From the NCBI GenBank assembly GCA_051531975.1, contig JAOPTT010000004.1:32001-96000 (forward strand): 64,000 bases of DNA. Reading direction: 5' to 3'. Under the pieces are notes generated by a model. That model saw only the letters and a program-made list of their open reading frames with translations, ran no database searches and was not told the origin of the DNA. Position 1 is the first letter of the stretch. Every line of letters begins with the position of its first letter. The position numbers were made by a program, and so were the translations under genes. The stretch comes from Spirochaetaceae bacterium (GTDB taxonomy: Bacteria > Spirochaetota > Spirochaetia > DSM-2461). Positions 1 through 8,483 of the stretch are shown here, in pieces.

Positions 1-174
1 GATTAAATTTCCATCTATAAATACTGAGTAGGACTTTGTATTACTCGAAACTGTTAACATATAAGTTACAGCTTTTGCAGCAGATTTTGTTGCAGGTGCT
101 TTTGCTTTGATTTGTGAAAAACCTAAAGTAGCAGTAAATAATATTAGCGAAATTAGAATTATTTTTTTTAACAT
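1..174 (-). CDS. Secreted protein, possibly PEGA-domain (partial, runs off the left edge)
   Basis: Not in the ORF track. Hand translation MLKKIILISLILFTATLGFSQIKAKAPATKSAAKAVTYMLTVSSNTKSYSVFIDGNLI: signal peptide and a PEGA-like LTVSS..VFIDG. AAGGAG RBS upstream. Confidence 0.6.
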   Translation of the reverse strand, partial: MLKKIILISLILFTATLGFSQIKAKAPATKSAAKAVTYMLTVSSNTKSYSVFIDGNLI

Positions 175-232
175 AATATAGTCTCCTTGTTATCTAAGTA
201 TATATAGAAAAATATAAATTAACAAATAGTTT

Positions 233-1981
233 TTAAAGTTCATCCCATTTTACATATCTATTTATCATCTCTTCCATATGTCTTGGATTAAGTGGTTTTG
301 TTAAAAACTCATTCATTCCAGATTTTGAGCAGTTTTCTCTATCCTGGGGGGTTGAGTTTGCTGTTAAAGCTATTATTGGAATATCTTTATTATGATATCC
401 TGCAATCTCTTTTCTAATATTTGCAGTTGCTTGAAGTCCATTCATAACTGGCATCTGAATATCCATAAATATAATACTATACGTCTCTTTCTTTAATTCT
501 TCTAAAGCTAGTGATCCATTAGATGCTTTTCCGGCATGGAAACCCATTTTACGTAGTAACTTTTCAGCTATTATTAGATTGATGTCATTGTCATCAACAA
601 GCAAAATTTTAACTGCTGATCTTTTATTCTCTTTTAAGGTATGAATTGTTACTAGATCTGTATTTTCGCTCTCTTCTGCTATTATTATTGAAATTGTCTC
701 TAATAGTGGTGTTGGGTAAAATGGTTTTACAAGGTACCCATCAATGCCTAAGTTTCTACAGAGCTCTCCATCACCTTTATTTCCTGTTGATGCAAGAGCA
801 AGCATTTTTGATTCAGTTTTTTTATTAATAAATTCTGTGAAATCTACAAGTGATAGTTCTTGAATGTTTTCGCTATGTAGATCAAATATTACAATATCAA
901 ATTTATTATTATGTATAATCTCTTCCTTAGCTTTTTCAAAACTTTCAGACAGTGAAAAGTCTATTGATTCGTTTATAAAAATATTTGAGATGTGTGATTT
1001 TGTATCACTGCCAATTACTAGACAGGTGGCGCTGTAAATATCTCCCATTTTTTTTGGTTTTAATAGAGTACTACCTCTTTTTAAATCTAAAGAGAACCAA
1101 AACGTTGACCCTTCATCTGGTTTACTAAAAGCTCCTATTTTCCCAGACATTAAATCTACTAACTGATTTGAAATTGCTAATCCTAATCCGGTACCTTCGT
1201 ATTCTCTTGTTGCAGAACTGTCACTTTGAGTAAACTCTTTAAAAAGAAAGTCTAGTTCCTTTTTTTCTATACCGATTCCTGTATCCGAGACTGAAAAGAG
1301 TAGAGTAGAATAATCTTCATGCTCCTTTAAAACCTCACATCCTATAGTTATAGATCCGCTGTTTGTAAATTTAAGAGCATTACTGTATAGATTGGTTAGA
1401 ATCTGTTTTATACGACCAGGATCGCCAGAGAAATAGTTGGATACTTCTGGGTCAATACTAGAACTAAATGATATATCTTTCTGATTTGCAGATAGTTGAT
1501 TTGTATTATAAAAATCTTTCATTAATTTTCTTAAATCGAAATGAATTGATTCGATAAAAAGTTCACCTTTTTCTATTTTTGAATAATCTAAAATATCGTT
1601 GATTGTTGATAAAAGAGACTCTCCGCAACTACTAATTATTTCTGCATACTCTTTTTGCTCTTTTTTTAATTCTGAATTTAGTAGTAGATTATTCATTCCT
1701 AACACACCATTTAGTGGAGTTCGTAACTCATGGGATATGTTTGCAAGAAAATGGGATTTTATCTGATCTGACTTCATTATATCTTTATTCATTTCCCTGT
1801 TTTCTCTTTGTATCTTTAAAAATAAAGAGATAAATACAGATATAATTCCTGAATATATAATTCCTAATATAATATAATGGCTGACTTTTAAGTTTACATC
1901 TTTAAGAAGATAAAAATTCATAATCGCTAAAAATACAGTTAGAAGTAATAGAATTATATGTAATTTTGTCTGTTTTATCAT
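233..1981 (-). CDS. Hybrid sensor histidine kinase (2 TM, HisKA, HATPase, 2 REC; no HPt)
   Basis: H-box FLANISHELRTPLNG, N-box QILTNLYSNALKFT, G boxes DTGIGI and GTGLGL, REC motifs LLVDDN/FMDIQMP. Start moved to ATG 1981 behind AGGAG. Confidence 0.93.
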   Translation of the reverse strand: MIKQTKLHIILLLLTVFLAIMNFYLLKDVNLKVSHYIILGIIYSGIISVFISLFLKIQRENREMNKDIMKSDQIKSHFLANISHELRTPLNGVLGMNNLLLNSELKKEQKEYAEIISSCGESLLSTINDILDYSKIEKGELFIESIHFDLRKLMKDFYNTNQLSANQKDISFSSSIDPEVSNYFSGDPGRIKQILTNLYSNALKFTNSGSITIGCEVLKEHEDYSTLLFSVSDTGIGIEKKELDFLFKEFTQSDSSATREYEGTGLGLAISNQLVDLMSGKIGAFSKPDEGSTFWFSLDLKRGSTLLKPKKMGDIYSATCLVIGSDTKSHISNIFINESIDFSLSESFEKAKEEIIHNNKFDIVIFDLHSENIQELSLVDFTEFINKKTESKMLALASTGNKGDGELCRNLGIDGYLVKPFYPTPLLETISIIIAEESENTDLVTIHTLKENKRSAVKILLVDDNDINLIIAEKLLRKMGFHAGKASNGSLALEELKKETYSIIFMDIQMPVMNGLQATANIRKEIAGYHNKDIPIIALTANSTPQDRENCSKSGMNEFLTKPLNPRHMEEMINRYVKWDEL

Positions 1982-2086
1982 CTGTTCTCCTACTGTTAAA
2001 TCATTGTTCATGAGAAAGTATTTTACAAGTATAACCCTTCTCTTCTATAATTATTAATAGTTGTTGAATTTAAAAAGGAGAATCCT

Positions 2087-3586
2087 TTGACTAGTTTTGA
2101 AGAGTTAATATCAGTTCATTGTATCAGATTATATAAACTTTGTTTGTTTACCTCTGAGTTGAGCAACAAAGATGTAGTTTTGAATAGAAGATTTTTAGGG
2201 CAGTTAAATCTTGAAGCAACATGGATGGAAGAGACATTAGATGCTTCTGGGGCTATGCTTAATGACAAATGGTTTCCCTTCCGAGAAGGGGTGTCGGCTA
2301 TTAAGTTATTCTCAACGGTTACTTACGATGTTATTCATGTTAATGAGAGTTATCCTCATTATCACTTAATTGAGATATCAGAGAAGTTTAAAAAAGATAT
2401 TACAGGGGTATTACATGATCTGCACTTATCTTTAGTTAAAACTTCAAAATATCTTGTAAAGAATGCTAAGAAATGTGGTATCCATGGCGATTATACTGTT
2501 TCAGCCGATGAATATGAGGATTTTGATATAGCTTTATTTCTAAAAAATGATAACCTACCTAGGAATAGAAAGTTAAGGCACATAAAAAATCCTGGAACAA
2601 CTTTAATTTACCTATCTACTGAGTTTCTGAGCTTAAAATCTTCGATGTCAGTTTTTAATAAATTTTCAAATCTAAAAAAAAGTGAGTATAAAAGCTGTAT
2701 TCCAGACCTTTTTAGTGAGGAAAAATTACGACTTATCTTAGCTAGGTTTCATAATTTACAGTCTTTGTACGATACATACCTTTCAGAGTCAGATATTGAA
2801 GATGCTGACAGTAGATTAAAGGTTTTAAGAGGTCATATTAGTATCATTTACCATATGCTAGAATCTGCCACTAAATTTACTCATTATTACGAAAGACATA
2901 TAGTTCCAAGGCAATCATCGATATTCTTTTCAGCACTTCTTCCTTTAGAGATTGATAGGTTTTTAGAGATCACAATAGACTTTTTTATGACAAATTTTAT
3001 ATGTTTCTTTAAAGATGCAAAAGAGTTATGTGGAGATGTTATTGATAGTTATGCCGAGATTGGAGAGAAAACAGTTCCAATACCAAGGTATAGAGGGTTT
3101 CATGTAAGACCTTCATCTCTAATTTCTAAGATTGTAAACTATTATGGAGGCCGAGTTAAGATGTTTATTGGGGATGCAGTATATGATCCATCAACACCTT
3201 TAGAGCTTTTTAGAGTTAATGAAGAGATAAATGCTATGAAAAGAGTAAGACTTTTTGAGTTGGTGAATAATCAAAATATTGAGAAAAAGGATATAAGGTC
3301 TTTATTAGATGTTTTATCTGACAGTGGAGATGTTATTGTTTACGATAATAGTTTCCCAGATATTGAAACCAATAATGAGGAAACTATTGTCGAGTATCAT
3401 AAAAAAGCAATTACATTTCTTTTAGCCTCAGGAAAAATCGATATTAGCATGGATATTACTGTAAAGTTTGTAGGGGATATGCGTTCTTTAATCGATATCG
3501 AGTTATTAGCAGAAAACGGCTATGGCGAAAACAAATATGGGGCAAACATTTCTCTGCCTAAAAAGCTTTGTTATCTGAAACGTTGA
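2087..3586 (+). CDS. Large protein with C-terminal HPr-like phosphocarrier domain and uncharacterised N-terminal domain
   Basis: TVPIPRYRGFHVRPSSLISKIV matches the HPr His15 signature GxHxRP. AAGGAG RBS before the TTG start. Confidence 0.75.
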   Translation: MTSFEELISVHCIRLYKLCLFTSELSNKDVVLNRRFLGQLNLEATWMEETLDASGAMLNDKWFPFREGVSAIKLFSTVTYDVIHVNESYPHYHLIEISEKFKKDITGVLHDLHLSLVKTSKYLVKNAKKCGIHGDYTVSADEYEDFDIALFLKNDNLPRNRKLRHIKNPGTTLIYLSTEFLSLKSSMSVFNKFSNLKKSEYKSCIPDLFSEEKLRLILARFHNLQSLYDTYLSESDIEDADSRLKVLRGHISIIYHMLESATKFTHYYERHIVPRQSSIFFSALLPLEIDRFLEITIDFFMTNFICFFKDAKELCGDVIDSYAEIGEKTVPIPRYRGFHVRPSSLISKIVNYYGGRVKMFIGDAVYDPSTPLELFRVNEEINAMKRVRLFELVNNQNIEKKDIRSLLDVLSDSGDVIVYDNSFPDIETNNEETIVEYHKKAITFLLASGKIDISMDITVKFVGDMRSLIDIELLAENGYGENKYGANISLPKKLCYLKR

Positions 3587-3739
3587 ATTTAAAATGTAAT
3601 TTTTCTGTAATTCTCTGTAATATTACAGAAAAAGTTTGCTGTTTTCCGTTCTTGATGTTAACATAAAAAATAGTGTTGAAAATCATCTCGTTATGGATAA
3701 TAGTGAGATTATGTATAAAGCACAAAAAAAGGAGAACAA

Positions 3740-5323
3740 ATGAAGATTTTAAGTAGAGTAGCTGCTGTTTTATTAGTAGTAGGTTTAGTTTTAAGTTGTG
3801 TAACAAACCCTATTCAAGAGAAAGGTGTTGAACACGAGTTGAAGATCCTTCATACAAATGACCATCATGGACATCCATTGGCATTTTATGATTACCCAGC
3901 AGGTGGACAAGGTGGATTACCAGCAAGAGCTACATATGTTGATGGTGTAAGAACTTCAAATGAGAATGTTTTAGTTTTAGATGCAGGAGATTTTAATACT
4001 GGAAGACCTGAATCTAACTTCTTCAAAACAGAGCCAGATATTATTGGTTATAATTATGTAGGTTACGATGCAGTTGCTATGGGTAATCATGAGTTTGATA
4101 ATGATTGGGAAGTAATGCAGTCGCAAATTGCTCAATCTGAATTTCCATGGTTATGTGCAAATGTTAAAAAAGATGGTAAATATTTAGACAATGTTCAACC
4201 ATATATGATTAAAGAGTATGATGGGTTTAAAGTTGCTGTTATCGGTTTAATGACTACAAAAACAGAGTTGACAGGAAACCCACAAAATATTGGTGGATTA
4301 GAATTCTTAGATGAAGTTGAAGTTGCTAGAGAGCTTGTTCCTATGTTAAAGAAAAAAGCAGATATTGTAATTGCTGTAGTTCACATGGGTTTATATGATG
4401 ACAATACAAAAGGTTCAAGAAAGTTAGCTGCAGGAGTTCCTGAATTAGCACTTATTATTGATGGTCATAGTCATTCTATGATCGAAGAGCCAGCTATGGA
4501 GAATGGTGTTGCAATCGTTCAAGCTAGACACTGGGGTCTTTATATGGGTAACGGTTCTCTGAAATTCAAAGACGGAATGGTTACTTCTTTTGATTGGAAT
4601 TTAGATCCTATCAATGTTCAAACACGAACAAAAGATGATGCTGGAAAAAGTACATACCACTACGTAACTGAGGAAATAGAAGAAGATGCAGAATTATTAG
4701 CTCTATTAACTCCTTATGCTGACAAAGTTGATGCAGTTTTAAGTGAAGTTATTGGTAATGCTACTGACGTTTTCTTAAACGATGATACTAGAAGAATGGA
4801 AACTGCTTTAGGTGACATTGTTACAGATTCGCAGATCTGGTTCTTAAAAGAGATGGGAATGGATATTGATTTTGCATTCCAAAATGGTGGTGGAATTAGA
4901 GCTACTTTAGGAAATGGAGAAATCCAGAAACAGACAGTATACGAAGTACTTCCATTTGATAACTCTATAGCAATGGTTACTATGAAAGGTTCTGATGTTA
5001 TAGCTCTATTTGACCAAGCTGCAGGTAATATTGGAGCAGGATCTATGGCTCAGGTTTCTAAAGAAGTTAAAGTAACTTTTAATGCTGAAGCTAAAACTGT
5101 TGAATCATTATATATTAATGGAAGCCCAGTTGATACTGATGAAGAGTATAATATTGCTGTTAACTCATACTTAGCTTCTGGTGGAGACGGATATAAAGTA
5201 TTTAAAAAAGCTACTTATTATTACGATTCTTCATTAATGCAAAGAGACGCATTTATTGATTATGTTATATCTTTAGGTGGAGACATTACTCCAGCTACAG
5301 ATGGTAGAATAACAATTAAATAG
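3740..5323 (+). CDS. 5'-nucleotidase / bifunctional metallophosphoesterase lipoprotein (UshA family)
   Basis: Lipobox VLSC; HTNDHHG, DAGD, GNHEFD, GHSH; C-terminal NGGGIR, LPFDN, GGDGY. Confidence 0.93.
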   Translation: MKILSRVAAVLLVVGLVLSCVTNPIQEKGVEHELKILHTNDHHGHPLAFYDYPAGGQGGLPARATYVDGVRTSNENVLVLDAGDFNTGRPESNFFKTEPDIIGYNYVGYDAVAMGNHEFDNDWEVMQSQIAQSEFPWLCANVKKDGKYLDNVQPYMIKEYDGFKVAVIGLMTTKTELTGNPQNIGGLEFLDEVEVARELVPMLKKKADIVIAVVHMGLYDDNTKGSRKLAAGVPELALIIDGHSHSMIEEPAMENGVAIVQARHWGLYMGNGSLKFKDGMVTSFDWNLDPINVQTRTKDDAGKSTYHYVTEEIEEDAELLALLTPYADKVDAVLSEVIGNATDVFLNDDTRRMETALGDIVTDSQIWFLKEMGMDIDFAFQNGGGIRATLGNGEIQKQTVYEVLPFDNSIAMVTMKGSDVIALFDQAAGNIGAGSMAQVSKEVKVTFNAEAKTVESLYINGSPVDTDEEYNIAVNSYLASGGDGYKVFKKATYYYDSSLMQRDAFIDYVISLGGDITPATDGRITIK

Positions 5324-5324
5324 A

Positions 5325-5353
5325 TTGTAGACATTTTTCCCCCTTGGTATACT
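5325..5353 (+). promoter_or_regulatory. Candidate sigma70 promoter for hisA inside an inverted repeat
   Basis: TTGTAG (5325-5330), 17-nt spacer, TATACT (5348-5353). Confidence 0.45.
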
Positions 5354-5373
5354 ATGTTAGTTCCAAGGGGGAA
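5337..5373. repeat. Perfect 11-bp inverted repeat covering the hisA RBS
   Basis: TTCCCCCTTGG (5337-5347) and CCAAGGGGGAA (5363-5373). Confidence 0.85.
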
Positions 5374-5375
5374 TC

Positions 5376-6134
5376 ATGGAATTTAGACCGTGTATAGATA
5401 TTCATAATGGCAAAGTAAAACAGATTGTTGGTAGTACTTTAACCGATGGTTTAGAAATGCCCGCCGAGAACTTTGTAAGTACTCAAACCTCAAGTTTCTA
5501 TTCAGAACTTTATAAACAATATAACCTAAAAGGTGGCCATATAATAAAATTAGGCCCAAATAATGACTCCGCAGCAATAAGTGCATTAAAAGCATGGCCA
5601 GATGGATTACAGATTGGTGGCGGTATAAATCCTAATAATGCAAAACAGTATTTAGATGTCGGTGCTAGCCATGTAATCGTTACTTCTTATGTCTTTAAAG
5701 ATGGTTTGGTTAATTTAGATAACCTCAAAGAGCTTGTAGATTCTGTAGGACCAAATAAACTGGTTTTAGATCTTAGCTGCAAAAAAAAAGATGATGAATA
5801 TTATATTGTAACTGACCGATGGCAAAAATGGACAAGTGTTAAGATAAACAGAGAAACGTTAGAGCTTTTAGGTGGGTATTGTGATGAGATATTAGTTCAT
5901 GCAGCATCTGTAGAAGGTAAAATGATGGGGCCGGACCTAGATCTTGTTAAAATTTTAGCACAGTTCTCTCCAGTACCAACAACATATGCAGGTGGTATAA
6001 CTACAATAAATGACTTAGAAGATATTAGAGATTGTGGAAAAAATATTATTAACATAACTGTAGGATCTGCTTTAGATATTTTTGGTGGTAAACTTTCATT
6101 TTCTGAAGTTATTAACTTTTGTAAAAACAGTTAA
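5376..6134 (+). CDS. hisA: ProFAR isomerase HisA, eukaryote-like (His6) type
   Basis: FRPCIDIHNGKVKQIVG, GGHIIKLG, LQIGGGI, LVLDLSC, DRWQ, TVGSALDIFGG are typical of His6-type HisA. Confidence 0.9.
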   Translation: MEFRPCIDIHNGKVKQIVGSTLTDGLEMPAENFVSTQTSSFYSELYKQYNLKGGHIIKLGPNNDSAAISALKAWPDGLQIGGGINPNNAKQYLDVGASHVIVTSYVFKDGLVNLDNLKELVDSVGPNKLVLDLSCKKKDDEYYIVTDRWQKWTSVKINRETLELLGGYCDEILVHAASVEGKMMGPDLDLVKILAQFSPVPTTYAGGITTINDLEDIRDCGKNIINITVGSALDIFGGKLSFSEVINFCKNS

Positions 6135-6150
6135 ACTAAGATTGAATTTA

Positions 6151-7197
6151 TTAGAGCTTAGATAAAATATCCACATATTCACTTTTCAAATAGTTCCATG
6201 TAATTGTATTTAAATCTGGTAATGTACTCTTTTGATTGAACATCGTTATTATTTTTTTTGCCATATCTTCAGGGGAATTATCATATAGATAAGGTTTAGG
6301 AAACCATTCTGGATAACTTAGTCTATTTGGAACAATTGGGATTGCTCCGTATTGAACTGCCTCCATAACTGCTAGACCTTGGAATTCATGAATTGCAGTA
6401 GATACAATTAACTCACCTTTACTTAACCAGGAGATATAATCTTCTTTAGATTGTTGACCCCAGCATAGAATGTTTTGGCTAAAATTACTTTTTATTTTAT
6501 CAAAGACCCTAGGTGAGTTTTTAAATTGTATCCCCATCATTATCAATTTAAAGTCTATATTGTTCTCTTCTAATATTTTCAGGGTCTTATAATAGTCCTC
6601 TGGATTCTTATCGTATTCCCATCGGTGGTTCCATATTAGACTATTTTTTATTTTTGGAGTTATAGTTGTTGCTTTATCACAAATTGGAACCGGAATAATA
6701 GTACTCTTATTCCTTATTTTCTCTAATATAGAAACTGGGCTATGGTCATTTATTTTTCTAAGTAGTTTGTGACCACCGCTGAAAAAACTATCTCGGTTAT
6801 ATTTACTATTAAAGACTACTCTGTCTGCACAAAATGCTCCGTATAGATTAACCATCATAGATTCAACATTTGAATGATTTTTATCGTCAGAAAGTGGATA
6901 CTCAAATTGGTTTTCATGGAAGTAGATAACTTTGTTTGCACATCCTAAATGTGGGAAGAGACCTATTATAGTCGATAAATCAACCATAGATGTAGCTAAT
7001 ATAGTATCGTATGTTGAGCCTAGCTCTTTACTGTTTTCTGCCATCCAGCTCAGAGGGTTTCCTCTAATTCTCCACGAGAACTTTCTTGGGGGAAGCTCTA
7101 AAAATACCCAATCATGTTCTGGTAGATTTTTTATCAGAAACTGGCCCCAATAATTGTGACTTTGAGTATTATATGCAGATAATAACAGTATTTTCAT
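6151..7197 (-). CDS. DUF3524 / GTDC1(QTMAN)-like GT-B glycosyltransferase
   Basis: LLSAY..SH..W, LPPRKFSWRIRG, YFHENQFEYP, WNHRWEYDKNP, STAIHEFQGLAVMEA, RLSYPE. Confidence 0.82.
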   Translation of the reverse strand: MKILLLSAYNTQSHNYWGQFLIKNLPEHDWVFLELPPRKFSWRIRGNPLSWMAENSKELGSTYDTILATSMVDLSTIIGLFPHLGCANKVIYFHENQFEYPLSDDKNHSNVESMMVNLYGAFCADRVVFNSKYNRDSFFSGGHKLLRKINDHSPVSILEKIRNKSTIIPVPICDKATTITPKIKNSLIWNHRWEYDKNPEDYYKTLKILEENNIDFKLIMMGIQFKNSPRVFDKIKSNFSQNILCWGQQSKEDYISWLSKGELIVSTAIHEFQGLAVMEAVQYGAIPIVPNRLSYPEWFPKPYLYDNSPEDMAKKIITMFNQKSTLPDLNTITWNYLKSEYVDILSKL

Positions 7198-7201
7198 GTG
7201 G

Positions 7202-8380
7202 TTATTTTTTTAACCGTTTCATAAAAAGAGCCAGGACAACAAATGTTCCTACAGATATTAATCCAGGAACAAGCCAAAAAAGCTCAAAGTTTATAACGCC
7301 ATTTATCATAACTCTGTTTGCAAAGATTCCAGCCATAAAGTTACCTAAAAACCCTGCAACTCCCGCATAAATTAATGTATGAATTTGATGTAAACTACCT
7401 CTTGAATTTATATCTGTAAAATTATCTAAATATATAGTTGATCCAACATAAAATAGCGCAAAGATAAAACCGTGTAGTGAAATCCCAAAATAAGTTAACA
7501 ATAACGGCCCATTAAACCAGAATATTGTATATCTTGCTATTTGTAATATAAGGGACAATAAAAAAATCTTTTTAAACCCTAGTTTTTTAATAATTGGAGC
7601 CAATGCAAATAACATAATAATTTCTGGAAATTGACCAAAAGACATTATCATTGGAATATTATTTTGAGATGTCCCAATACTTTTTAAAAATAGAGGTAAA
7701 CCGTATGATAAAAACCTATCAGCTGTAGCACATATTAAAGTTAATGCAAAAATGAAAATGACTCTTGGATTTTTTAAAACTTCAATTGTTTGTTTAGGGA
7801 AAAGTGTTAACTTTACATTTTTTTCAAGTTTAATCTTTGGAAGTTTAAAGGTTAATATAACTACTATTATTGAAAAGATAGCAGAGATTTGTAGTGCTAG
7901 TGGCATACTTCTAGTACTACTTGTATTATTCCATATAAAGCTAACTAACCACCCGGCAAAAATCCAACCTACAGTTCCCCAAAGTCTTATTGAACCAAAT
8001 GCACTACTATCTTTAATATTGTGAAAAATTAGAATATTTACTAGTGCATATGTTGGTGTTAATAACATCATATATATAAAATATGTAAATATAACTGATA
8101 TATAGTTTTGCTGGAATGATAAAATCGTTATAGCTATAGCACCACTAATTTGACATATCATTAAGAATTTTCTCGATGTAATTAATCTATCAACAATAAA
8201 AAAGCTGATTAAAGGAGCTATAATACTTGGAATTGAAGCAATGGATAGAATAACTCCAACTTGAATAGCAGAAAAATGCAAATAATCCATTAAATACATA
8301 CTTATGATTGGGATAAAACTACCAGCAACACATAGCTGGAAAAAGGTTAATAATGATAAATGCAATTTTTTAGATTTCAT
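7202..8380 (-). CDS. MFS transporter, NupG/XapB nucleoside:H+ symporter-like (LacY clan)
   Basis: About 12 hydrophobic segments; FGSIRLWGTVGW, GQFPEI, ARY, LHG motifs. Confidence 0.8.
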   Translation of the reverse strand: MKSKKLHLSLLTFFQLCVAGSFIPIISMYLMDYLHFSAIQVGVILSIASIPSIIAPLISFFIVDRLITSRKFLMICQISGAIAITILSFQQNYISVIFTYFIYMMLLTPTYALVNILIFHNIKDSSAFGSIRLWGTVGWIFAGWLVSFIWNNTSSTRSMPLALQISAIFSIIVVILTFKLPKIKLEKNVKLTLFPKQTIEVLKNPRVIFIFALTLICATADRFLSYGLPLFLKSIGTSQNNIPMIMSFGQFPEIIMLFALAPIIKKLGFKKIFLLSLILQIARYTIFWFNGPLLLTYFGISLHGFIFALFYVGSTIYLDNFTDINSRGSLHQIHTLIYAGVAGFLGNFMAGIFANRVMINGVINFELFWLVPGLISVGTFVVLALFMKRLKK

Positions 8381-8483
8381 TTCTGGAATTTAACCTTATG
8401 GGCAATATATTGCAATAGATTTTTCTTGTGCGACAACGTAATACTAGGTTAATATGGAAGTCTTAAAAGATTTAGGAGATATA

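Noticed and set aside
8402..8413. Short palindromes such as GCAATATATTGC (and AACATCTAGATGTT near 21638)
   Set aside because: Short AT-rich palindromes are expected by chance, and no second copy or cognate regulator was found.
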